Below, one piece after another: positions 14,575-22,004 of a DNA stretch of 32,562 bases. The stretch comes from an uncultured Planctomycetales bacterium. GTDB taxonomy: Bacteria; Omnitrophota; Gorgyraeia; Aquiviventales; Aquiviventaceae. Under the pieces are notes generated by a model. The model was not told where the DNA came from, ran no database searches, and saw nothing but the letters and a program-made list of their open reading frames with translations. Each line of letters opens with the position of its first letter. Position 1 is the first letter of the stretch. The DNA lies in the NCBI GenBank assembly GCA_964401235.1, contig CAYNXT010000003.1, forward strand, positions 1-32,562. The letters run 5' to 3'. The position numbers and the translations under genes are program-made.

Positions 14575-15593
14575 TGTCTACACGATGGCTCTCCTGGATT
14601 GTATGCGCGATGCTCCTGGCGGGCTGCGGACGCCCGTCTTCTGAAGCGCACGTGCTGCGCGTGGGCTACTTTCCAAACCTTACGCATGCCCAAGCACTCA
14701 TCGGCCTGGCTAACGGATCATTCCAACAGGCCCTGGGCCCGGACGTCACCATCAAAACCTTTGTGATGAACGCCGGTCCTTCAGCCATTGAGGCGCTCTA
14801 TGCCGGAGAGCTCGACTTAAGCTATATCGGTCCTGGCCCGGCGATCAACGGCTATGTGAAGTCAAACGGAGAGGCCTTGCGCGTTGTCTCAGGAACTGCC
14901 AGCGGGGGGGCGGTACTCGTGGTCCGCCAGGATTCCGGCATCAACTCAGCGCAGGACTTCAAGGGCAAGCGGGTGGCAAGCCCGCAGCTTGGCAATACGC
15001 AAGACATCGCGCTGCGCTATTACTTGCAGCAGCAAGGCGTGGCGACTACCGAACAGGGCGGATCGGTGCAGGTCATCCCGATGCAGAACGCCGATATTCT
15101 CACTGGCTTTCTGCGTAAGGAAGTGGACGGCGCCTGGGTGCCTGAACCCTGGGGAGCTCGCTTGGTGCATGAGGCGCAAGGCCGCGTCTTCCTCGATGAG
15201 CGCAGCGTGTGGCCTGGAGGGCTCTTTCCGACAGCCAGCATCATTGTCAGTACGAACGCTCTTGAGGAACGTCCCTTGCTGATCACACAATGGCTGAGGG
15301 CGCACGTCCAGGTGACCGAGTGGATTCAGCGCCATCCCGCTGAGGCGAGGCAACAGGTGAATGCGGAACTCGCGAAACTGACAGGAAAGGCGCTTCCCGA
15401 AGCGGTGTTGCAAGATGCCTGGTCGCGTCTAGCCTTCACGCATGACCCATTGAGGCCTGCTCTGGAGACGGCGGCCGACCACGCCTTCGCGCTCGGATTT
15501 CTTGGAAAACAAAAGCCGGATCTAGTCGATTTGGTGAATCTGACCCTGCTCAATAACGTGCTGCGGGAGCAGCGACTTCCAGAGGTGCAATGA
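14574..15593 (+). CDS. ABC transporter substrate-binding lipoprotein (SsuA/TauA/NrtA-like)
   Basis: Lipobox LLAGC at the N-terminus, a periplasmic-binding fold (VGYFPNLTHAQALIG), and a TAATG overlap with the ATPase gene. Confidence 0.85.
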   Translation: MSTRWLSWIVCAMLLAGCGRPSSEAHVLRVGYFPNLTHAQALIGLANGSFQQALGPDVTIKTFVMNAGPSAIEALYAGELDLSYIGPGPAINGYVKSNGEALRVVSGTASGGAVLVVRQDSGINSAQDFKGKRVASPQLGNTQDIALRYYLQQQGVATTEQGGSVQVIPMQNADILTGFLRKEVDGAWVPEPWGARLVHEAQGRVFLDERSVWPGGLFPTASIIVSTNALEERPLLITQWLRAHVQVTEWIQRHPAEARQQVNAELAKLTGKALPEAVLQDAWSRLAFTHDPLRPALETAADHAFALGFLGKQKPDLVDLVNLTLLNNVLREQRLPEVQ

Positions 15594-16351
15594 GTTCGGC
15601 CATCGCCAGACGGGGACTGTTTTTTCTTGGGCTGCTAGCCCTCTGGCAGTTTCTCTGCATGCTGCGGTGGTGGCCGGAGTTCCTGTTTCCTTCTCCTCTA
15701 CGCGTGTGGGCCGCGTTGGTCGATGGAGTACGCAGCGGAGCGATTCTTCAGGGAATTGCGGTCAGCCTCACCCGTTTGGCCATCGGCTATGGGATCTCGC
15801 TGGCGATTGGTCTGCCGCTTGGGTTGCTGAGCGGCTCCGTGCGATGGGTGAACCAGACGGTGGGTTCGCTGCTGCTGGGATTGCAGACGCTGCCCAGTAT
15901 TTGTTGGCTCCCCTTAGCACTGCTGTGGTTCGGACTCAATGAGCGGGCCATCATTTTTGTCGTCGTGATGGGGGCGGTGCTTTCCATCAGTCTGGCCGCT
16001 GAAGACGGTGTGCAACACACCCCACGGCAGCAGATTCGCGCCGCGCGCAACATGGGGGCGAAAGGCTGGCGGCTGTATCTGCAAGTGATGCTGCCGGCGG
16101 CCCTGCCCGGGATTGTGACAGGGATGAAGCTGGGCTGGTCGTTTGCTTGGCGCGCGCTGATGGCAGGCGAGCTGCTCTACGGCCATGTGGGACTGGGCCA
16201 CTTGCTGATGGTGGGGCGGGAGCTGAATGACATGAGTCAAGTGGTGGCCGTGATGACGGTGATCATTACGCTGGGACTTGTCGTTGATCGACTCTGCTTT
16301 GGGCCTCTAGAGCGCCGAGTGCGCGAGCAGTGGGGCACGGGAACACTCTAA
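15590..16351 (+). CDS. ABC transporter permease (SsuC/TauC-like, BPD_transp_1)
   Basis: About 6 TM segments. EAA-like loop AAEDGVQHTPRQQIRAARNMGAKGWRLYLQVMLPAALP. ATGA overlap with the SBP gene. Confidence 0.88.
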   Translation: MSSAIARRGLFFLGLLALWQFLCMLRWWPEFLFPSPLRVWAALVDGVRSGAILQGIAVSLTRLAIGYGISLAIGLPLGLLSGSVRWVNQTVGSLLLGLQTLPSICWLPLALLWFGLNERAIIFVVVMGAVLSISLAAEDGVQHTPRQQIRAARNMGAKGWRLYLQVMLPAALPGIVTGMKLGWSFAWRALMAGELLYGHVGLGHLLMVGRELNDMSQVVAVMTVIITLGLVVDRLCFGPLERRVREQWGTGTL

Positions 16352-16353
16352 CG

Positions 16354-16749
16354 ATGCGAATTCCCAGAGCCCTCTCTGATGAAATCATGGCGCATTGCCA
16401 GCGGGAATATCCCAAAGAAGCGTGCGGAATTTTGGCAGGACGCGACGACGTGGTCGAACAGGTCTACCCCATGCGTAACGTCGAGAACAGCCCCATCGGC
16501 TACTCGTTGGATCCCAAGGAGCAATTGCAGGTGGAGAAGCACATGCGCGCATCCCAGCAGCGAATGATCGGCATTTATCATTCGCACACCGCCAGCGATG
16601 CGTATCCCTCGCCGGTGGACGTGCGGCTAGCCATCTCTCCAGCTATCTCCTATGTGCTCGTGTCACTCAAGGATCGAGCCGCGCCCATCATGCACAGCTA
16701 TCGAATTGACGGGCAGCAGATTACGCAAGAGGAATTGCAGCGCTCGTAG
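16354..16749 (+). CDS. mec: JAMM/MPN+ metalloprotease (Mec-like sulfur-carrier C-terminal hydrolase)
   Basis: EACGILAG followed by HSHTASDAYPSPVD (H-x-H-x7-S-x2-D JAMM motif). ATG 16354 is preferred over GTG 16330. Confidence 0.88.
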   Translation: MRIPRALSDEIMAHCQREYPKEACGILAGRDDVVEQVYPMRNVENSPIGYSLDPKEQLQVEKHMRASQQRMIGIYHSHTASDAYPSPVDVRLAISPAISYVLVSLKDRAAPIMHSYRIDGQQITQEELQRS

Positions 16750-16776
16750 TATAATGCGGGAGTTTAGACCCCAGTC

Positions 16777-17721
16777 ATGACGCACGCCGTGAAGAATCAC
16801 AAAGTCGCCGAGCACGTTCTGGATCTCATTGGCAATACCCCGATGGTGCGGCTGCAACGGATCGTCGAGCCGCGTATGGCGACCATTCTCGCGAAGCTTG
16901 AATTTTACAATCCCGGCGGCAGTGTGAAGGACCGAATTTGTCTCTCGATGATTGAAGACGCCGAGGCACGCGGGATCCTGAAGTCAGGGGCGACGGTGGT
17001 CGAGTCCACCAGTGGCAATACCGGCATCGGCTTGGCGATGATTTGCGCCATCAGAGACTACAAGGTCATCTTGACCATGCCCGAGACGATGAGTGCGGAG
17101 CGGATTCAAATTCTGAAGCGCTTCGGCGCGGAGTTGGTGCTCACCCCGGCAGGGGAGGGGATGATCGGGGCGGTCAAGCGCGCCGAGCAGATCGTGAAAG
17201 ACACCCCGGGGGCCTTCATGCCGCAGCAGTTTGCCAACCCCGCGAATCCGGAAATCCACCGACGGACCACGGCCCAAGAGATCCTGCGCGCGACCGACGG
17301 TGACCTCGATGCGTTCGTCGCCGGCGTGGGAACTGGGGGCACTATTACCGGGGTTGGTGAAGTGTTGAAAAAGAGAATTGCGCATGTGAGAATCATTGCC
17401 GTGGAGCCCAAAGGCTCGCCGGTGCTCTCCGGCGGTTCGCCAGGGCCGCACATGATTCAAGGCATTGGCGCCGGGTTTGTGCCGCAGGTGCTCAATCGCG
17501 CCGTGATCGATGAGATTGTGACGGTCTCCGATGAGCAGGCCTATGACACCTCCAAACGCTTGGCGCGGGAGGAAGGGCTTTCGGTCGGCATTTCGGCTGG
17601 GGCGGCCTGTTGGGGTGCGCTGAAAATCGCCAAGGAGCTGGGGGCGGGCAAGACCGTCGTGGTCATCTTTCCGGATCTGGGAGAACGCTACTTGAGCCTC
17701 CAACCATTTTTTGAGAGCTGA
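16777..17721 (+). CDS. cysM: PLP-dependent cysteine synthase (CysK/CysM family)
   Basis: LIGNTPMVRL, PLP lysine in NPGGSVKDR, STSGNTGIGLA, GVGTGGTITG. Confidence 0.92.
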   Translation: MTHAVKNHKVAEHVLDLIGNTPMVRLQRIVEPRMATILAKLEFYNPGGSVKDRICLSMIEDAEARGILKSGATVVESTSGNTGIGLAMICAIRDYKVILTMPETMSAERIQILKRFGAELVLTPAGEGMIGAVKRAEQIVKDTPGAFMPQQFANPANPEIHRRTTAQEILRATDGDLDAFVAGVGTGGTITGVGEVLKKRIAHVRIIAVEPKGSPVLSGGSPGPHMIQGIGAGFVPQVLNRAVIDEIVTVSDEQAYDTSKRLAREEGLSVGISAGAACWGALKIAKELGAGKTVVVIFPDLGERYLSLQPFFES

Positions 17722-17723
17722 GA

Positions 17724-17984
17724 ATGGACCAATCGCTGCAAGGGCTTCGGGTGGATCAGTCGCTGGATATCCGATCGATGGAGCGCTCCGTGGCCTATGC
17801 GCAGGCGCTGGAACGGCTGAAACTCATGGCGGAAAACGAGGTCCTGGAACTGCAGCTCGATGAGGGGGATGCGCTCAATACGATTCCCTTTGGCTTGCGC
17901 GCCGATGGCCACGATATTCTGGTGAGCGAACCCGTGAAAGACGGCGTGCGACTCCTCGTGCGCAAACGGTCACTACTAACGTAA
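17724..17984 (+). CDS. TusA/SirA-fold small protein with no cysteine
   Basis: LDIRSMERSVAYAQALERLKL...LELQLDEGDALNTIPFGLRADGHDILV...VRLLVRK aligns with the TusA LDxxGLxCPxP...IRK pattern. The CP active site is replaced (ER), and the 86-aa protein contains no Cys. Confidence 0.6.
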   Translation: MDQSLQGLRVDQSLDIRSMERSVAYAQALERLKLMAENEVLELQLDEGDALNTIPFGLRADGHDILVSEPVKDGVRLLVRKRSLLT

Positions 17985-17995
17985 CAACAATGGAC

Positions 17996-18072
17996 GGTTC
18001 GTGGATCGTCGTTCGTGATTCGTGGTTCGTCAACGCTTCACGATGCACGATTCACGATTGACGAAACGAATG
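17996..18072. repeat. 7-nt-periodic palindromic array spanning the spacer and the start codon of the ThrC-like gene
   Basis: ggttcgt ggatcgt cgttcgt gattcgt ggttcgt | caacgct | tcacgat gcacgat tcacgat tgacgaa acgaATG. The arms are reverse-complementary around the tcgt/acga cores. Confidence 0.85.
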
Positions 18073-19323
18073 AGTTACGTGATCGGTTTGAAGTGTCGAG
18101 AGTGCGGGCGGCTCTACCCGAAAGAGGTGGTGTTCGTCTGCGAATACTGCTTTGGCAGCGTCGAGGTCGATTACGATTATGACGCCATCAAGCGTGTCTT
18201 GACGAAAACCGCCCTTGCGAGCCGGCCGAAATCCCTCTGGCGCTATCGGGAACTCTTGCCGATCGAGGGCGAGCCGACCGTCGGTTTGACGTCGGGCTTT
18301 ACTCCCTTCTTTCGGGCCGAGCGCCTGGCCGAGGCGCTGGGCGTCGAAGAACTGTATATCAAAGACGATTCGGTCAGCCATCCGACGCTCTCATTTAAGG
18401 ACCGCGTGGTATCCGTGGCCCTCACACGGGCCAAGGAGCTTGGCTTCGACACGGTGGCCTGTGCCTCGACGGGCAATTTGGCCAACTCGGTGTCGGCTCA
18501 CGCGGCGCGCGCCGGCTTGAACCGCTACATCTTTATTCCGGCTGACTTAGAAGCGGGAAAGATCGTCGCCTCGCTCATCTATCAGCCGACGCTAGTAGCC
18601 GTTGAGGGAACCTACGATGAAGTCAACCGGCTCTGTGCGGAGATCGGCGCCAAATACCCGTGGGCCTTTGTGAACATCAACATCCGTCCATACTACGCCG
18701 AGGGGTCGAAGACCTATGGCTATGAGATCGTGGAGCAGTTGGGTTGGCGCGCACCAGAGCACATCGTCATCCCGGCCGCCGGGGGCTCGCTGATTACGAA
18801 AATCGCCAAGTCGATGAAAGAGCTCAACCTCCTAGGATTACTTGCCGAGACACCGAAGACCAAGCTGTATGCGGCCCAAGCGACCGGCTGCGCGCCGATC
18901 GTCAATACGATTAAAGCACGCGCCGATATCGTCAAGCCAGTCAAACCGAACACGATTGCCAAGTCACTCGCTATCGGGAATCCCGCCGATGGATTTTACG
19001 CCACAAAAACGGTGCTGGAATCCGGCGGATGGGCCGAATCAACGAGCGATGATGAGATCATCGACGCGATGAAGCTCCTCGCGCAGACCGAAGGGGTGTT
19101 TACGGAAACGGCCGGCGGGGTCACGGTGGCGGCTGCGAAGAAGCTGATTGAGCAGGGCGTTATTCCGCGCAATGAATCTATCGTGATCTGTATCACCGGC
19201 AACGGCCTGAAGACCCAAGAGCCGCTGCTCAACCAGTTGGGGCAGGCGGTGCGGATTAAGCCGAGCCTGGCCTCGTTTGAATCCAGTCTCTCTGGACAGA
19301 TTGCAAAGCTCCCCACACGCTAA
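18070..19323 (+). CDS. thrC: threonine synthase-family PLP enzyme with an N-terminal zinc ribbon
   Basis: CRECG...CEYCFG ribbon, PLP lysine in [20 protein letters not shown]. The true substrate may not be that of threonine synthase (see findings). Confidence 0.85.
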   Translation: MSYVIGLKCRECGRLYPKEVVFVCEYCFGSVEVDYDYDAIKRVLTKTALASRPKSLWRYRELLPIEGEPTVGLTSGFTPFFRAERLAEALGVEELYIKDDSVSHPTLSFKDRVVSVALTRAKELGFDTVACASTGNLANSVSAHAARAGLNRYIFIPADLEAGKIVASLIYQPTLVAVEGTYDEVNRLCAEIGAKYPWAFVNINIRPYYAEGSKTYGYEIVEQLGWRAPEHIVIPAAGGSLITKIAKSMKELNLLGLLAETPKTKLYAAQATGCAPIVNTIKARADIVKPVKPNTIAKSLAIGNPADGFYATKTVLESGGWAESTSDDEIIDAMKLLAQTEGVFTETAGGVTVAAAKKLIEQGVIPRNESIVICITGNGLKTQEPLLNQLGQAVRIKPSLASFESSLSGQIAKLPTR

Positions 19324-19336
19324 ACAGGAGGCGATC

Positions 19337-19618
19337 ATGGCGGTGACAGTTCGAATTCCTACTCCACTCCAGCGGTTGACCAACGGCCAAGGCGAGGTCT
19401 CGTGCGACGGCCAGAATGTCACCGATTTACTGGCGGATTTGGAGCGGCGCTATCCCGGGATCAAGGAGCGCATCTGCGATGAGTCAGGCAAACTGCGCCG
19501 GTTTGTGAATGTGTTCGTGAATGAGGAAGACATCCGATTTTTGCAAGGTGATCAGACCGCCGTAAAGGATGGTGATGAAGTCTCCATTATTCCTGCAATC
19601 GCCGGCGGCGCCTCGTGA
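19337..19618 (+). CDS. cysO: ThiS/MoaD/CysO-family sulfur carrier protein ending ...AGG-AS
   Basis: 93-aa beta-grasp pattern ([13 protein letters not shown]...[33 protein letters not shown]). Strong SD AGGAGG lies 6 nt upstream of ATG 19337. Confidence 0.85.
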   Translation: MAVTVRIPTPLQRLTNGQGEVSCDGQNVTDLLADLERRYPGIKERICDESGKLRRFVNVFVNEEDIRFLQGDQTAVKDGDEVSIIPAIAGGAS

Positions 19619-19626
19619 AATCGAAT

Positions 19627-19656
19627 CGGTGCCAGCTACCGCGGTAGCTGGCACCG
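19627..19656. repeat. perfect 30-nt palindrome between the carrier and E1 genes
   Basis: cggtgccagctaccgcggtagctggcaccg equals its own reverse complement. It is followed directly by GGAGGGA and ATG 19672, with no U-tract. Confidence 0.9.
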
Positions 19657-19671
19657 GAGGGACAGGCAAGG

Positions 19672-20511
19672 ATGAGTCTGACGAAGGACCAAATTGCACG
19701 CTATAGTCGGCAATTGATCTTGCCTGAGGTTGGCGTGAAGGGGCAGGAGCGGCTGCGTGAGGCTTCCGTCCTCTTGATTGGCGCTGGAGGGCTCGGTTCT
19801 CCTGCGGCGCTGTATCTGGCCGCCGCTGGCGTCGGTCGGCTTGGCCTGGTGGATCGAGAGACAGTTGAGCCCAGCAACTTGCACCGCCAAATCCTTCATG
19901 ACACGGCATCACTCGGGCGTCCAAAGAGCGAGTCGGCCCGCGAGCACTTGATCGCATTGAATCCGGATGTGCGCGTGGAGGCGATCCAGGAGCACCTGAG
20001 CGCGGTCAACGCCTTAGCCCTCTTGCAGGACTACGAGGTGGTGTTAGACGGGTCGGATAACTTTCCGACACGGTATCTGGTGAATGACGCATGCGTCTTG
20101 CTGAACAAGCCGTTGGTACATGGGGGCGTCGTGCACCTGCAGGGGCAGGTCCTGACGATCCTGCCGCGAAAGACGGCCTGTCTACGCTGCGTGTTTCCTG
20201 AGCCCCCGGCACCTGAGGCGATTCCGAGTTGCCAAGAGGCCGGGGTGCTGGGGTCAGCGGTGGGGGTGCTCGGCTCGCTCATGGCGCATGAAACCTTACG
20301 ATTGCTGTTGGGGATTGGACAACCGTTGACGAATCGTCTGCTCATCTTTGAAGGGCATACCAGCCGATTTCGTGAGGTGGCATTGAGGCGCGATGTGAGT
20401 TGCGCGGTGTGCGGAGACGCGCCGTCGATTCGAGAGTTACAGATGGGAGACATGGGTCATTGTCGTGAGGAGTCAGAGGAGGCCACATGGCACGCAAGCA
20501 GGTCACGTTGA
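19672..20511 (+). CDS. moeB: MoeB/ThiF/MoeZ-type E1-like adenylyltransferase (no rhodanese domain)
   Basis: YSRQLILPEVGVKGQERL, GAGGLGSP, NLHRQILH. Zn-site cysteines CLRC and CAVC. The protein ends after about 279 aa without a rhodanese module. Confidence 0.9.
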   Translation: MSLTKDQIARYSRQLILPEVGVKGQERLREASVLLIGAGGLGSPAALYLAAAGVGRLGLVDRETVEPSNLHRQILHDTASLGRPKSESAREHLIALNPDVRVEAIQEHLSAVNALALLQDYEVVLDGSDNFPTRYLVNDACVLLNKPLVHGGVVHLQGQVLTILPRKTACLRCVFPEPPAPEAIPSCQEAGVLGSAVGVLGSLMAHETLRLLLGIGQPLTNRLLIFEGHTSRFREVALRRDVSCAVCGDAPSIRELQMGDMGHCREESEEATWHASRSR

Positions 20512-20726
20512 TTTTTCCACAGCATCTTATCAAAGAGCCGGTGATCTACATGATGGCGAAAGAGTATGAGGTCATCCCCAACATCCGTCGAGCCAAAGTC
20601 ACGGAGCAGGTCGGTGAAGTGACGCTGGAGCTCGAAGGCTCTGAGGATGGGCTCAAGAAGGCGGTGGTGTTCCTTGAGAAGAAGGGTATTAAGGTAGAAT
20701 CGGTCATCGGAGACGTGGTTTCCTGA
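20487..20726 (+). CDS. stand-alone NIL-domain (ferredoxin-like fold) protein
   Basis: 79 aa. FPQHLIKEPVIYMMAKEYEVIPNIRRAKV...GEVTLELEGSEDGLKKAVVFLEKKGIKVE resembles the NIL domain of the MetN C-terminus. Strong SD GAGGAGG lies inside the moeB 3' end, with a 25-nt overlap. Confidence 0.65.
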   Translation: MARKQVTLIFPQHLIKEPVIYMMAKEYEVIPNIRRAKVTEQVGEVTLELEGSEDGLKKAVVFLEKKGIKVESVIGDVVS

Positions 20727-20812
20727 ACCACGCTCCTCGTTCTTCTCCACTCGCGTTTGTTCGGGACTATCTGCTCTTAGGCGGAGCCCTCGCCCTGGTC
20801 GGGCAATGGATC

Positions 20813-21940
20813 GTGATTCATGCATGTGCCCATGCCCAGCTAGGCCTGGTTGCGGAAACTATTCTGCCTGGTCTAGCGATTTTCGGAGCTGCCACCCTCT
20901 TGTTATGGGGCGCTGAACTCGCCCAGCTTGAGATTTCTCAGGCACTGGCCTTAGCCTTTCTCGCTCTGGTGGCGGTGCTGCCCGAGTATGCGGTGGATAT
21001 GTACCTGGCGTGGACCGCGGCCAAAGATCCCTCGTATATCGCGTACGCAGCGGCCAATATGACGGGCGCGAATCGTCTCCTCATTGGCATGGGGTGGTCT
21101 GCGGTCTTGTTGGCGGCGTGGATCAGTTACCGCGCAAAGACCATTCAGATCAAGCCTGAGCAGCGCTTGGAAATCATGACCCTGTTTCTTGCGACCTGTT
21201 ACGCGTTTACCTTGCCCTTCAAACGCACGCTTTCCCTCATTGATACCGTCGTCTTCATCGGGCTGTTCATCTTCTACATTCGACGCGCCAGCCAAGGCCA
21301 TGTGGGGGAGCCTGGACTTGCCGGACCGCCAGAGCGTATTGCCTATTTGCCGCGCGTCTGGCGCAGAGTGGCGACCGTGGGTCTATTTCTCGTGCCGGCG
21401 TACGCGATCTTTCTTGCCGCCGAACCGTTTGCCAACGGCCTCCTTCACAATGCCCGGCGCTTAGGGATTGAGGAGTTTGTGTTGATCCAATGGGTAGCCC
21501 CGCTTGCGTCCGAGGCCCCGGAGTTTATTGTGGCCATTATCTTTGCCCTGCGTCATAATCCGACCGCAGGTCTGGGGACGCTCATTTCATCGAAAGTGAA
21601 TCAATGGACGCTGCTCGTGGGGATGCTTCCGTTGGTGTATTCAATTTCCGGGTCGCACATCCAAGCCATGCCGCTGGATGCGCGACAAGTCGAAGAGTTG
21701 TTTCTGACCGCAGCGCAATCCTTGCTCGCCCTGGTCATTTTGGCCAATTTATCCTTCGGATTGTGGGAAGCGCTCCTCTTGTTTGGTCTGTTTGTGCTGC
21801 AGTTTGTGTTTCCTACCCCTGAGGTTCGCATGTGGTTAGGGTATGGCTATCTCGCAATTGCTGCCGGCTATCTGCTCAGCCCAGCATTTCGCCACTCGCT
21901 CCTGAGCCTTTTCCGGTACGGCTGGAAAGGAACGTCATGA
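20813..21940 (+). CDS. CaCA-superfamily cation/Ca2+ exchanger-like membrane protein
   Basis: About 10 TM segments. Two alpha-repeat-like motifs (VAVLPEYAVD and ASEAPEFIVAIIFA). The GTG start is uncertain. Confidence 0.7.
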   Translation: MIHACAHAQLGLVAETILPGLAIFGAATLLLWGAELAQLEISQALALAFLALVAVLPEYAVDMYLAWTAAKDPSYIAYAAANMTGANRLLIGMGWSAVLLAAWISYRAKTIQIKPEQRLEIMTLFLATCYAFTLPFKRTLSLIDTVVFIGLFIFYIRRASQGHVGEPGLAGPPERIAYLPRVWRRVATVGLFLVPAYAIFLAAEPFANGLLHNARRLGIEEFVLIQWVAPLASEAPEFIVAIIFALRHNPTAGLGTLISSKVNQWTLLVGMLPLVYSISGSHIQAMPLDARQVEELFLTAAQSLLALVILANLSFGLWEALLLFGLFVLQFVFPTPEVRMWLGYGYLAIAAGYLLSPAFRHSLLSLFRYGWKGTS

Positions 21941-21954
21941 TGACGGGTTTTTCT

Positions 21955-21982
21955 TTGCGGCATCGACGCTCAGCGGTATAAT
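21955..21982 (+). promoter_or_regulatory. candidate sigma70-type promoter for the alpha-glucan operon
   Basis: ttgcgg (21955-21960), 16 nt, tataat (21977-21982). GGAGG lies 8 nt before ATG 22005. The weak hairpin cgtcatgatgacg plus a T-run just upstream may end the preceding transcript. Confidence 0.45.
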
Positions 21983-22004
21983 ACACCCGTCGGAGGCGCC
22001 CCGC

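Noticed and set aside
20645-20812. Hydrophobic in-frame sequence upstream of the CaCA start (..YLLLGGALALVGQWIV..), suggesting a longer protein with a non-canonical start
   Set aside because: No ATG, GTG or TTG exists in that frame upstream of 20813, and the protein from GTG 20813 already begins with a normal first TM segment. I kept 20813 but flagged the start as uncertain.
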